Source of the DNA: Takakia lepidozioides
Lineage: Eukaryota; Plantae; Bryophyta
Assembly: GCA_030704615.1 (NCBI GenBank)
Contig: CM060734.1
Location: forward strand, 11,842,001-11,906,000
Reading direction: 5' to 3'
DNA length: 64,000 nt
Made by a program: the position numbers and the translations under genes. The notes under the pieces were generated by a model. It saw nothing but the letters and a program-made list of their open reading frames with translations, was not told where the DNA came from and made no database searches. Shown here one piece after another: positions 24,920-38,295 of this stretch (position 1 is its first letter; the number at the start of each line of letters is the position of its first letter).

Positions 24920-25230
24920 GAGTCCGCCTATATTGGCGGTCGCATATAATTTATTATTTTTAATAAAAACGACCGCCCATATTGGCGGTCGCTTGTAATT
25001 TAATATTTTGTTAAATTAAACGACCGCCAGTATTGGCGGTCGCCGGTAATTTATTTATTTATAAATGACCGCCCAGCGACGCCCATATTGGCGGTCGCAC
25101 GTAATTTATTTATTAAATGAAGCGACCGCCGAAATTGACGGTCGCCCGTAATTTATTTATTTTTAAATGAAGCGACCGCCCATATTGGCGGTTGCTTGTA
25201 TTTTATTACATTTTAAAATAAGCGGTCGCG
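24920..25230. repeat. Array of palindrome GCGACCGCC-N5/6-GGCGGTCGC (about 7 copies) with A/T spacers
   Basis: Read directly; ~50-bp spacing. Confidence 0.9.
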
Positions 25231-25864
25231 TGTTTTTTTTTTCTTAGAAATCCAGGGACCCACCATGTGGCGTTTTATTTTTTATTTTTAATCATGAAGC
25301 GGCGCCTCGGCCAGTCACGTGGCGAGGTACCACGGGTCAGGAAAAACGAAACAAATGGGATGGGGGGAGGTGGTTTTGAATCCTTGACCTCTCCCATGTG
25401 GGTGCGCGTGGCGAGGTGCGACTAGCCAGTCGCGCCGCACTGACACGTGGCGAGGCGCCACTGGCCTGTCGCGCTATTTCAAGCATAATGCCATTTATTT
25501 ATTTATTTATTTTGGGGGGGGGGTGTGTGGGCGCCTATATAAACCATTCCCCCCTCCTTTTCTGATCACTTTTGCCCCTCTTGTGGTGTGGTTCATTGGC
25601 ATCATGTAGTCATTTCGGACTTCGTTGCTTGGCACTGCCAACGGGAGGTGCAAAGGTGATTATTTAGGGGGGGGGAGGTTTTGTCAGTTTTCTATTAGTC
25701 AGTCCCACACACTTGTTCACAATACAATCATCGTATCCCCATTTTGCCGTTTCCGGATCTCCGGCGACCTGTTTTTTTGCAGAAAACTACGAAGACACCA
25801 TCCACACGCGTTCATTGTAATTTTTCTGAGGTTTTGGACCCTGTAGTGGGCAAAGGTTTATACA

Positions 25865-27320
25865 ATGTCAGAGGTTGTGAATTCAAGTTCTGGGGCGGGA
25901 TCGTCTGGGGGGTGGAGGAAGAGAAAACGTGCCCACGAGCGGGATAGCCATGTCAACAAGCCAGACTACCCGGGACCGGATGCCTTGGATAGGGTGAAAG
26001 AAGTGGTAGCGAATTATTTCAAAGGTAGGGACATGATGAGGCTGGAGAGTGCTTATATTAGGCATGGATGGGAGGGGTTTCAGATTTTCCAGCAAAATAT
26101 GGAGAGGAAAATGACAAACGCTTTGGCGGGGGCTAAGTGGACGGCGGACAGGGACAAGCCGAAGTTCAATCGGTGAATCCAAAGCAGGGCGAAAGACGCC
26201 ACATGGAATTTGAGACAGCTAATGAAAACATGGAAGGGTAGAACAACCAAGGGTCGAGTGCCCTCCGCCGAAGCCGAGTTAATCGACGTGTTGAGTATTG
26301 GGCTTGCTCGGCAAGTCAGAATTCACATCGCCGGACTAGGGTTATCCCTTAGAAGGCGGGGTCATCAGGCGAGGGAGGCACAACTGGTCTTTATTACCTG
26401 AACTCTGGTGCGAAGGTGGTAGAGATTGGCCCTTACAAAGAAGGAGGGTATGCTAAGGTCCGTCACTGTAGGATTGTTGGCGATTCTAGAATACCGGAGC
26501 GTTGGGAGCTAGCGTGAAAAAAACCCAAGCCCAAAATTCAAAAAGGCGTTCAGACAACATAATGACGAGTGTTTGGCAGTGAAGTTCCAGCATCCGGGTG
26601 TTATCTCGTATTTTGCTGTGAATGCACGTGAGGTAGAGGGTTACACTCGCTAGTGGAATGGGGGGACAATACGCGACATGATGAACCTTGACAGAAAATG
26701 GGGCAATGATTCGGACAACAGGGTGATTTTAGAACAAAAGAGAACGGAAGCAGAGTTCCAGGAATGCGATCGCTTGCTTCGTTTCCGGAAAGTGCGCAAT
26801 AAATTTGCATGGGCACTGGTGTGCATCATGGATGCTGTCCACAAGAACGGCGTCTTGCACAACGACTTGTCCCCCGACAACATCTTGTTGCATTCTCCAG
26901 ATGGCACCGAGAAGATCAAGATTGGGGTATGTGATTGGGGCTTAGCCACCCCATTGGGCATACGCAAAGCCTCGTCGTACCAGTTTGAAAACCAAGACAA
27001 GCTGGACCGGGAACTCGCGAAAAGATGGTGGGTGGAAAAAGATATTGCATCAGTTTTCAATGCGAATGTCACCCCCCCCCAAGGACATGACGTCGGAGGC
27101 CTTTGCCGTTGGGAAGATAGCGGTACGAATAAATGGCGGCGTTCATTATGATCAAAGTATGTTCCAGGACCAATTTACGGGAGGTTGTTGGCATTCAATG
27201 CTACAAAGGTTGTACGACAACAACAATAATGAGATAGTCACATTAGCCCATGTAGTATTTCGGTTCATGGGCAAACCGTTCAATTGGCCTGAGCCGAAAG
27301 ACGTATATAGGACGGAGTAG
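25865..27320 (+). pseudogene. Intronless protein kinase gene (non-RD), with stops and frameshifts
   Basis: Gly-loop EGGYAKV, strand-3 LA*KK, FQHPGVI, catalytic HNDLSPDNILL, DWG in place of DFG; TATA-like ctatataaa at ~25535. Confidence 0.85.
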
Positions 27321-27414
27321 ACCATAGTCTCGTAGATATGACATTTTTGGCGGTACAATGGTTCTTTTATGAAGACATAACTCAATTTTGATCGTGCATG
27401 TAATAAATAAAGTC

Positions 27415-27922
27415 CCATTGTAAATACTACATTGCATATGCTCGACCCTGGCACCTGTCATCGTAACATAAATGGTTTGTGTACTAGCTCACTGTTTATA
27501 TTTGTAATGTTCCAAGGTTTCAGATAGGGTTATGAGAAAACGATGTATTAGTTCCGTAGGAGTTAGACAACAAACGTCTTCTCTCATTCAACTGTGCGAC
27601 ACTACCATGAGAGGCATGGATCAGAAAGTAATAGGTGCACATGCGACCTCTGAACGTTTGATACTAGGTCTCAACTTAAACGTGCGGAGGTTGCATGTAC
27701 ACCTATTACTTTTTTATCCATGTCTCTCATGGTAGTGTCGCACAGTTGAATGAGAGGAGACGTTTGTTGTCTAACTCCTACGGAACTAATACATCGTTTT
27801 CTCATAACCCTATCCGAAACCTTGGAACATTTCAAATATAAACAGTGAGCTAGTACACAAACCATTTATGTTGCGATGACAGGTGCCAGGGTCGAGCATA
27901 TGCAATGTAGTATTTACAATGG
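27415..27922. repeat. Long near-perfect inverted repeat (~245-bp arms, ~18-nt loop)
   Basis: 27415-27659 is the reverse complement of 27678-27922 with few mismatches. Confidence 0.95.
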
Positions 27923-29159
27923 AATATCGCATAGTTGAATGAGATATGGAACGTTTGTTGTCCAACTCCTATGGATCCAATATATCATTTTCTCAGTACC
28001 CTGTCAGAAACATTGAAACATTCGCAGTTACAAACAGTGCCACAATACACGGCCGGTTTTGTTGAAATGACATTTGTGAGGTTCGAACGTATGCAATTTA
28101 TTATTTACAACGAAATTTTATTTACTCGGGGGACCGGTACTGCTGTTGGAGCGCAACTGATGGTGCGAGTTCTCTATTGATTGGAGCTGTCACAACCAAT
28201 GTCAACAATCATATTTACGGTAAGATGTTTCATGCTATTGTTGTTCCTCTAGCTGAATTCTGTAGTACTCTTTTTGCTATTCCCATGCTAACGTCCTCTG
28301 AGACTGTCATGTTCAAACAGACGTATCAGCCACCCCGGCTAGCTTGCAGGCTGCAGCCATGGCCCACCATAAATTGAATGAATTGGAGATTTTGTGCGAA
28401 GTTCTTGGTTTCATGTCCGTGGTGGCTGATACGGAATTCGGAATATGGCAGTCGCAGTGGACCTGATGTTGTTGGCATGGGAGTAGCAAAACAATTCCTA
28501 AATCATTCTGCTACATGAACATCGACAGTATGAAACACCTTGCAGTACATATGATTCTTGAAATTGTTTGCACGGATTATTTGTGTTTGTGCTTTCAAGT
28601 GGCGAACATTTCCGCCATGGTGCGGAAGACGTGCATTGGCCACATTAAACGATTGATGTGATATCATTTCACAAATGTATCACATGAACCGTTCCATGTG
28701 GCCTACGGGAATCTTCGATGGGTACGAGATCAATGTGGCCTACGAGATCTGCTTCCACCAACAAACATGTGATCATTCAGAAGCGTTAGAACTTTGAAGC
28801 GACGATGGGCAAGGTTCTTCATCCAGATGTTCAACATGCTGAGGTCTTCTGTAATGTCTCTTGCTTCGTAACGAGGTGCTTCTCCAACTCTTATTTTTCC
28901 AATGTTAATATCTTCCATCTGGAACATATCTACACATGCGTATATAACTTAAAAAACCAAATGACCATCAAAACTGGAAGCTGGGGATGAGGCTTATAAA
29001 AGTTGAGATGGTCAATTGTTTTTCAAGGATTTCTGCACACATATGTGGATCTGTTCCAGGTGGAGAATATTAACATATTGGATAAAGTGGACATGGAGAA
29101 GCACCGCATTTCGAGGCAGGAGACACTACAAAAAGAGCTTCAAAGGGCATACCATATAA

Positions 29160-31480
29160 CAGGTCCCAGTATAATCGAAGACGAAACCCCATTCATTCAA
29201 TGGGCGATTGAATGGATGCCCATCCAAATGATTTTTGTTTGCTTTCAATCTTTGCCACTAGGTTCAACATACCATGTATCAGGTCCCGGACTAATATCAG
29301 ATCAATCGAAATTCATTCGATGGCTCGACGGATGGTTGGCCATCGAAATGATTTTGTTTCGCTTTGAGACTTGGCCAATATGTTCAATGTGCCATGTAAG
29401 ATGCCCTAGAGTAATATGAGATCAATCAAAATTCGTTCAATGGACCAACGGATGGTTGCCCATCGAAATGATTTTCGTTCGCTTTGAAACTTGGCCAGTG
29501 TGTTCAATGTACCCTCTGATACATCCCAGTGTAATACGAGATCAATCGAAAATCATTCGATTGTCCAATGAGGCGTTCACTTGTCATCTGGTTTTTGTTC
29601 AATGCGAAAAAGAAATCCTGCAATGCGTGCACGGCTATTGCACCCATTGAACGGATGTGGTTGAAGCCCCTCTTTTGCCCGCATGTGCTTGAACATGCGT
29701 GCGGCACATGTGCGGAGACACGACAGACAAATAAATCATTTGCCTCCCCATCGACGCACTCCCCCCTCAAGCCATTCCACAATTTAATTGAATTTAAATT
29801 TATTTTAAGTCAATAAATAGGTTTGCACTGCCTTTCAGTGGGGGTTTCTGGCACGTATCGATTTTGTTTTTGGCTCATTTTTGTTCTGCGGCTTCCAGCA
29901 TCCCACGGCTACTCCCCCGCCAAAATTTGGACCAATAAAAAATGCCCCCAAAAAAAGTGTTATCTTCGCTCACTATTGCAGAACTCTCTATAAAGAGTGC
30001 ATGAAGTAGAACACAAATCAAGTTTGGAGTGCAAAACAGGGAAGAAACTGTCGTTTTGGGTCCAAATGAATTTTGATCGGTCCCAAATTTGGCACGCACG
30101 TTGCATATGGCTACATTACACGCTCCATTTGAAAACGGAATGAAAAAAAAAATAGTGAGCACGCGAAACACAGTCCAACGGGTCCCAAAGCAATAGCAGC
30201 TCCAACAGAATACATTCAACGGGTGAACAGATGGTTGCCCATCCAAATCATTTTTGTTAGCTTCCAAACTTTGCCAGCACGTTCCAGACACCCTCTCACA
30301 GGTCCCAGACTAATATCAGATCATTCGATGGCTCAACGGATGGTTGGCCATCAAAATGATTTTGTTTCGCTTTGAGACTTGGCCAATATGTTCAATGTGC
30401 CATGTAAGATGCCCTAGAGTAATATGAGATCAATCGAAATTTGTTCAATGGACCAACGGATGGTTGCCCATCCAAATGATTTTCGTTCGCTTTGAAACTT
30501 GGCCAGTGTGTTCAATGTACCCTCTGATATGCGTGCACGGCTATTGCACCCATTGAACGGATGTGGTTGAAGCCCCTCTTTTGCCCGCATGTGCTTGAAC
30601 ATGTGTGCGACACATGTGCGGAGACACGACAAACGAATAAATCATTTGCCTCCCCACCGACGCGCTCCCCCCTCAAGCCATTCCACAATTTAATTGAATT
30701 TAAATTTATTTTAAGCCAATAAATAGGTTTGCACTGCCTTTCAGTGGGGGTTTCTGGCACGTACCGATTTTGTTTTTGGCTCAATTTTGTTCTTCGGCTT
30801 CCAGCATCCCACGGCTACTCCCCCGCCAAAATTTGGATCAATAAAAAATGCCCCAAAAAAAAAGTGTTGTCTTCGCTCACTATTGCAAAACTCTCTATGA
30901 AGAGTTCATAAAGTAGAACACAAATCAAGTTTGGAAGTGCAAAACAGGGAAGAAACTGTCGTTTTGGGTCCAAATGAATTTTGATCGGTCCCAAATTTGG
31001 CACGCACGTTGCATATGGCTACATTACACGCCCTATTCAAAAACAGAACAAAAAAAAAAAATCGTGAGCACGCGAAACACAGTCCAACGGGTCCCAAAGC
31101 AATAGCAGCTCCAACAAAATACATTCAACGGGTGAACGGATGGTTGCCCATCCAAATCATTTTTGTTAGCTTCCAAACTTTGCCAGCACGTTCCAGACAC
31201 CCTCTCACAGGTCCCGGACTAATATCAGATCAATCGAAATTCATTCAATGGCTCAACGGATGGTTGGCCATCAAAATGATTTTTGTTGGCTTTGAGACTT
31301 GGCCACTATGTTCAATGTGCCATGTAAGAGGCCCTAGAGTAATATGAGATCAATTGAAATTCGTTCAATGGGCCAACGGATGGTTGCCCATCCAAATGAT
31401 TTTTGTTCGCTTTGAAACTTGGCCAGTGTGTTCAATGTACCCTCTGATACGTCCCATGTAACATGAGATCAATCGAAATT
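29160..31480 (+). repeat. ~120-bp satellite units within a ~0.9-1 kb tandem duplication
   Basis: Units start at ~29162, 29282, 29402 and 29522 (core gagatcaatcgaaattc...ggatggttgcccatccaaatgatttt); higher-order repeat at 29282/30301/31210. Confidence 0.85.
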
Positions 31481-31928
31481 ATTTTGTGCTTTGAGAACTT
31501 TGTGGGTATGTTTATAGAAAGATCATAGATTTTGCGAAATGATTATGAAATACGTAAGGACCAGGCGAAATTTGTTTGGAAGATGACCGTTCGTAAGTCG
31601 TTATAACTTATTTGTGAACATCAATTTTCCTTGTTCTCCAGCTTTCAGAGTTCATTGCAAATACCCATATACACGTCATGACCAAATATGACACCATTGT
31701 AAATTTGTTTACAGGGTGAACTACTTCTTCCCCATCACACGAGTGTAAATGTGAAGAAAACGCTGCTCATGCAATTGAAATTGGCAGGTGCCGCACATGT
31801 GCATTGTGTATTAACAAAATTGGTGATATACAAATTTGGCGGAATGCTATCACTGTGTTTTCCAACAATATTCAAGGTACAACAAAAATGCATATTGTAT
31901 ATGTACTATGCTGCCAGTCATACAAAGC

Positions 31929-33744
31929 CTAGTCGCCACTGTCCGAGGATGTGGAATTTGATGCTGTGGCCTGATTTGCACTGCCAATTGCCAGAGCTTG
32001 CGACCGTGATCTCGTGGTCAATGGGGAGCCCAATGGCATGTGATCAATTCTGGCCTGCATCTGTCTACTTCGCGGCGAAAGTTGACTTTCTTCTTCACTC
32101 TCACGACGTGGCGGAGGTGGATCGAGAACAAGTGCTCGGGCTGCATGCAAATTGGCAACGAGGCCGTCCACATCCGGCAATACAGCCCCCGAAACACGAT
32201 GATAACGGTCTGTCCATAATCGCCTCCATTTCTCTACAATTGCCTTGATGGTACTTTTGAAACTTTCCAACTGCCTCTCGTGGGCCCTGTCCCTAATCAT
32301 TGTGTCGTTTCGACGATAAGCCGCCTTGTACGCATCATTCATTTGGCGTTGACATATTATAGCATCTTCCAGTTCGGACAACAATAAATGTCTCACAATC
32401 AGTTGTCGGTCATACAATTCGTTCTCCTCCGGCACCCATGGAACCTGTGGGAGCCGGATAAACCTGGACCTTCTTTGACTCCAATGCCCTCCCAGATTGC
32501 GGCAAAACTGCTCTCTCTCCCACCAATCTTGAATACCTCCCGCACGTATGGTTATCTCCCAATCAGATGTGACCCATAAATACTGGGGATCTTTGATGTA
32601 TGTCGGGTTTCCGGCATGTATACCATGCATCTCTCTGTCTGCATCCCATACCAAGTTCTTGCCCCAATGCATACACTTCAGAAATGTGTATGGTAGCCCA
32701 TCCAATGGGAGGTTGTGTCTATTGTATTCAAAACCTATGGGCATCCGATTCCTCCAAGCCCATCAGCTCATAGAAACGGCGATGGATTGGTGTACGACAT
32801 TCTGGGCAAGCGCTCGTCCGCAAGGCTTGGGGGATAAGACATGTGAGATGGAACATATGTCCACATAATCTAAGCACATGACATCCCTCTGGGCCGTATG
32901 GATTCCTACACATCGAACAAACTGTGTCATCTGATATCCATGACGACAAAACGCCTCGTGGTATCTCCTCCCTCTAGGCCGGTTTGATGTAGTTGGTCAT
33001 CCTTCTTGTGGTGTCCTACTCTTCCTCTATCTCCAATTCCCAGTTTATGCTTCTGTTCGACCTCGAAATTCTGTGCTCACATCGATCGAACATAGACTCC
33101 ACATCTGCCCAATTGGTATACCCGGCGAACACGCTTGATGCGATGCAGAGATCGTTATACCTTTGCATGTTGGCATAAATGCTATCCACACTACGGTTCG
33201 ACATGCGTGCGACACGTTGCAAGCCTGACAGTGCCCACTCTACCCGTGCTTCTCTGGAGACCAAATGGGTCGCTCATTGTACCCAATTATCCCAATCGAC
33301 ATTCAATGGGACCCATGCCTGAATCTCCAGCGTTTTGGACAAGCGCCATGCAGTTGCCATGGCAATGTCCCGCTCTTTTGTAACGTGGTCGACATCTAAT
33401 ATCGGGTTCATCTCCGATTGAATGGCGACCCTCGAGCATTCCCCGGTTTCTAGTACTGGTTCTTTTCCTTTCCTCCTTCTCTCATCCGCAATTCGTTGTT
33501 CCTCAACCATGGTTTCATCGGCCACATGGTCAAGGACGTCCGTAACTTCCTGAATGATGAGGTCAATACTGCGATCGGGCATCGCAAACTCCGCGTCCAT
33601 GTCCATGACGTTTGTTCGATCCTCATTGTGGACAACAATGTCTTCATTGTTTGGAGGCAGGTCTTGCAATGTAGCTTCCAACTCAGCTATGCGCAGTGTT
33701 TGCCAGTCTAGTCGGTCCTGCAGGGTCCTGATTCGCTGGTCTCT
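31929..33744 (-). pseudogene. RING-H2 (C3H2C3) E3-ligase-like gene with coiled-coil region; 5' part removed
   Basis: CSMC...CGHMFHLTC...CPEC in 32728-32949; adjoining ORFs 33274-33747, 33016-33264 and 31929-32744. Confidence 0.8.
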
Positions 33745-33842
33745 CACTACAACAAATTGCGGCTTTTAAGACTCTGTGTTATGACTGCAAATGCAGTTAT
33801 GAAAGCCATTTACGACTTCATGACTCTACAGTCGTAAAACCC
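33745..33842 (+). mobile_element. CACTA (En/Spm) terminal inverted repeat and subterminal region
   Basis: CACTACAACAAATTGCGGC followed by acgact/agtcgt motifs; inserted into the RING gene. Confidence 0.8.
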
Positions 33843-33890
33843 GAGTCCATGATGCTTGAAGACGTGGGTGAAGTAAAGTCGCCCCGTCTC

Positions 33891-36800
33891 CTACGCCGTT
33901 GCCGTCTCCTTGGTGGGGATGAAATGGCCCATTTTACTGAACCTATCCACCACCACCATGATTGCATCGAATCCTTTTGACAGCGGCATAGCAGTCATGA
34001 AATCCATCGAGACACTTTCCCAAGACCCCTTTGGAATCGCTAAGGGTTGTAATAGCCCCGCTTGCTTTTTGTACTCGCTTCGGTTTTGTTGGCATGTGGT
34101 GCATGTCTTGACATATTCCTCGGCCTCCTCCCTTAGTTTGGGCCAGAAATACTCTTTCTTCAAGAGTGTCGCGGTGCGCTTGGCTCCGCTGTGGACCGCA
34201 AGCGGGCCATTGTGGCATTCTCTCAAGAGACTATCTCTGATCCCTCCCTTCGGCACGTAGAGACGCTTTTGCTTGTACCAAAGCAGTCCATTGTGCAAGT
34301 GAAACTGCGATTTAACCCCCATCCTCAAGTCCCGCATCACGGACTTCGCCATCTCATCCTTCCGGTAAGCCTTCCGGATCTTCCTTTGGAGCGCCGTCTC
34401 GCCCCTGTACACCAACATGAGCTGCTGCTTTCTACTTAAAGCATCAGCCACCACATTGTCCTGTCCCGGTTTGTACTGAATATCCACGTCGAACACCGCC
34501 AAAGTATCTTGCCACCTAAATTGTTTTGGGGACAACTTAGGCTATGTGGCAAAATATTTCACCGTGACATTGTCCGTGAACACCTTCACCGGGTTGGAAC
34601 CAACATAGTGGCGCCAAAGCTCAAGGCAATGCACCACTGCCTTCATTTCTTTCTCGTGCGTAGGCCACCGTCGCTCCACTTCATTCAGTTTCTTACTTTC
34701 GTAAGCCACTGGACGTCCATCCTGCATGAGTACACCCCCAATTGCGAAGTCCGACGCATCTGTATGAATCTCAAATGGACGGTCGAACTCCAGGATTTTC
34801 AAGACCGGAGCTTCCGCCATCCGCTGCTTCAACTCGACAAAAGTTTGGCCACAAAAGGTGTTCCATACCCAGACCTTGGCCTTACACAGAAGGTCTGACA
34901 GCGGTCCCACGATCTTGGCGAAATTTCTCACATACTTTCGGTAATAGGAGGCGAGTCCTAGGAAAGATCGCACTCTCGGGACCGAAGTCGGAGACTCCCA
35001 GTCCAAGATCGCCCTCACCTTTCTGTCATCCATTTTGATCCCATCCTGTGTAATCACATGCCCTAGGAACTCCACTTTTGTGACCCCGAATTCGCACTTT
35101 GAAGCTTTGGCATACAGCTTCCCTTCCCGCAATTTCTGGAACACCCTTTTTAGGTGCTCCAGGTGCTCTTCCTTTGTTTTCGAGTACACCAAGATGTCGT
35201 CGATGTACACGATCACAAAGTCATCTAACCACTCCTGGAAAAGGCTGTTCATTAGCGTGCTAAAGGTCGCGGGTGCGTTGGTGAGCCCAAAAGGCATCAC
35301 CAAGAACTCATACGAACCATATCTTGTCCTGCACGCGGTCTTCTCCTCATCTCCTTCCGCCACTCGGATTTGATGGTAACCCGAGCGCAAATCGATCCGG
35401 CTTAAATGCTTTGCTCCTGCCAACCGATCGAAGAGGTCGTCGATCCTTGGCAAAGGGTACCGGTTTTTTATAGTCACCTTATTCAGAGCCATGTAATTGA
35501 CACACATCCGCAGCGTCCCATCCTTCTTGTCTGCGAATAGCACCGGGGCTCCGTAAGGTGACTTACTCGGCCGGATGTACCCCTTTGACATTAGATCCTT
35601 GAGCTGAGTCTTCAGCTCGACCAACTCTCTGTGGCTCAACCGGTAGGGTGCCTTGGCAGGCGGCTCCGATCCCGGTATCACCTCAATCTTGTGGTCAACT
35701 CCTCTTCGTGGTGGCAAGCCGCTTGGTAAATCCTCCGGCATCACATGCTGGTATTTCTCCAAAATCCCCTTGATCCAATCTGGGCTCGGCTCCCTATCGC
35801 CTTCTCCCTTCACTTTTCTTACGTAAAGCAAAAACTTGGGCTCGTGTGGCTCCTCCACGGCCCACTCCTTTGCTGTCAGCAGGTTTATTCGCCCTCCCAC
35901 TGGGTTGGGCGTTTCCAACACTCGTAAAACTTCGCCACCATTCCCACACGGTAGCGTGACTACTCTCTTGCGGCCATCTATGACCGCTCCGGACTTGCCC
36001 AAAAAGGTCATCCCCAAAATGAGATCCACTCCATCGATCTCGCAAATGGTGAAGTTCTCACGTCCCTCCCAACTCCCCAGCTGAAGAGGAACATCGAACG
36101 TCAACCTCGTCGCCAATTGTGGTTCTTTTTTGGCAGAACGCACCTCAATAGAGGCCCCCACATCACTTGTCGGGAGCCCTAGCTTCTGTGCCGTTGCCGG
36201 TGTCATGAAGGAGTGCGACGCTCCTATGTCCACCAACAATGACACGTTAGTTCCGGAAATTATCCCACTCACAAACATTAACTGACTCCCTTTACAGAAG
36301 GCGTTAGTTTCCTGATACAACTCACAAGAATAGTTGCCTACCTTGCAAGTCTTGGCGACCACCGCTTCCACCAAGCGGCTGATGGAATCTTCCGACAGCT
36401 CTATGGTCGCCCGAGTCATGTTCAATTGTCGGGGTTTTGCGCACTTCTTAGCCATGTGCCCGGGCTCCCTGCAATTAAAGCACACTCCATCGAAGGTCGC
36501 CTTTTGTCCGCCATAAGCCGTCGCACCTGATTTTTCTTTTGGAGCACCGGGTGTCATCTTGGCGTGTGAAGGCCCTCCCTTCGATTTCCATGTGCCATTG
36601 TCGCCACGTGGCCTATCCCACTTCTTTTCTGGTCGGAAGGAGTCACCCTCCCGCCGAGTCTTCTTGTGGTTCAGCTCCGTACGGCCTTGTCTTTCGCCCC
36701 TAGGGACATCCGAGAAACATTCAGCCCTTTCAATTGCCTCGTTCAAAGTCTTAGGTGGCTTCTCCTCCAACTTCCGTCTGGCCCATGGGGCCAGTCCCGC

Positions 36801-37547
36801 CACAAAGTTGAAGACCATTTCTGGTTCCGCCATATCCGCGACTTCGAGCAACAGCACATTGAAAGCCTGAACATATCCCCAAATGTCATCCGTTTGCTTC
36901 AAATTCCTCATCTTGTCCCGGGCGAGCCAGGACGCGTTGAGGGGAACAAACTGCCTTTTCATAAGTTCCTTGAACCCACTCCAGTTCAAGGTTTCCGGGT
37001 TTGGACCTTGGTTGTGAAGGCGTTTCTGCCTCCATTGTTGAGCATAACCCCTCAAATAGGTGGGAGCCACTTCCACCCGATCCTCGTCACTCAACTTGGC
37101 CGCCCGGAAGTATTGTTCTAGCTCCAAGAGCCAGGTGTTGAGTGCCTTCCAATTTCGGACGCCCTCGAAGGTGCTGGGTTCCTTAGGCTTCACCTTAAAC
37201 TTTGCCTTAGTGCAAGTGGCATTAGCCGCCTTCAACACGTCTTTCAACGTCCCGCCAAACTGTGCCAACAACCCTTCCCAAAAGGCTGCTGGCATGGGAG
37301 ACATCTGTTGGTCTGCCGGGAAGTCCTCGGGCTCCGACTCCCCAGATTCCTCCCGTTCTTGGGTGGCCTCGCTTTCAAAACCATGAATCGCCTCCTCAAA
37401 TTGCCGCTTCGGTGACACGTCGCCCCCATCGGGCTCACCGGGATCATCATCTTTCGGGCCGTTCCGCTTTGGCTTTGGCTTGCCCGACCCCATGATGAGG
37501 CCGATCTCAAGGACGATCGCGTACTGAACTCTAAGCTCTGATACCAA
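33891..37547 (-). pseudogene. gag-pol: gag-pol polyprotein, one internal stop at ~34542, 3' truncated
   Basis: ORFs 34542-37547 and 33891-34535 are in the same frame. Confidence 0.9.
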
Positions 37548-37548
37548 G

Positions 37549-38276
37549 TGTCGCGCACCTCACTTCGGTAAGCTCCCCTTCAAGTCATAGTTACTCGCTT
37601 TGATGCACGCGCCTAACTCCCCAACTAGCCGCCGGGCCAACTCGGAGTTTCGGCTGCTCACCGGGACATAACGGTCCCCCTTTGCTCCTCCAACAAACCC
37701 TCCACCAATTTGGGCCTAGTGGAAATTCCCTTTGGTAGATGGCAGTCGGAATACCTCCCTACTCCTTGGTCGCTTTCCGGCTCGCTCGCTCGCTCGCTCA
37801 CTAGTTTTTGGTCACCAACGGGCTTGCACCGTTCTCGGGGTTACTACTCCCTATATATACTTCTATGACTGTCCGCGGGGGTTCCACAAAGAACACCATC
37901 CTTTTATGGCGAACCACCACGAAGACCCTCGATTCCCGGTGATGAGTCGCGGTGAGTCTTGGCCCACCCACCACGGCCCCATTGGACCGTGATGAGTCCC
38001 AAGACTCCCCACGACTCCCACCACAAGGTCTCTGCCCCATGGTGAGTCCTATGCCACCCCCACTAAGACCCACTAAGCTACCACCACCCCTCGTGGAACC
38101 ACCCCCACTGCAACCCGATGTGCGGGGCTCCACCTAGTGAGCGTCTCCGCCTCCTTGAGTGCCTTGGGCACTCAAGGGTGCTTCAGCCCCTGCATCTATT
38201 GTTGCCACTGCCCCCACCATAGGGGCAGCCCCTCTTGTGTCCCGACCCCCTACCCTCAAGGCAAAGGGCCGCAACA
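37549..38276 (-). repeat. 5' LTR (~728 bp)
   Basis: TG/CA ends next to the PBS; homologous to 46407-46907. Confidence 0.9.
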
Positions 38277-38295
38277 AGAATACACATTTTATTTC

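Larger units (their letters stand above)
24711..33744. mobile_element. Unclassified element, copy A: left end, palindrome array, kinase, hairpins, 120-bp satellite and RING gene; right part interrupted by a CACTA end
   Basis: The first ~500 bp are homologous to 43378-43880; 29160-33745 is homologous to 46908-49920. Confidence 0.75.
33843..38276 (-). mobile_element. Ty3/Gypsy chromovirus: 5' LTR, PBS and gag-pol, truncated in the integrase
   Basis: LTR TG...CA 37549-38276; PBS tggtatcagagc (tRNA-iMet) at 37535-37546; 1001-aa ORF with gag, CCHC, protease (LVDIGAS), RT (YIDDIL) and RNase H (TDAS). Confidence 0.95.

Noticed and set aside
29003-31347. ORFs with repeated WxPIQMIF peptides
   Set aside because: Translations of the 120-bp satellite; frames are broken at different places in each copy
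25865-33744. Endogenous giant-virus (NCLDV) segment because of the intronless kinase and RING genes
   Set aside because: No viral hallmark gene (capsid, polB, packaging ATPase, primase) is visible; the termini and arrays look transposon-like
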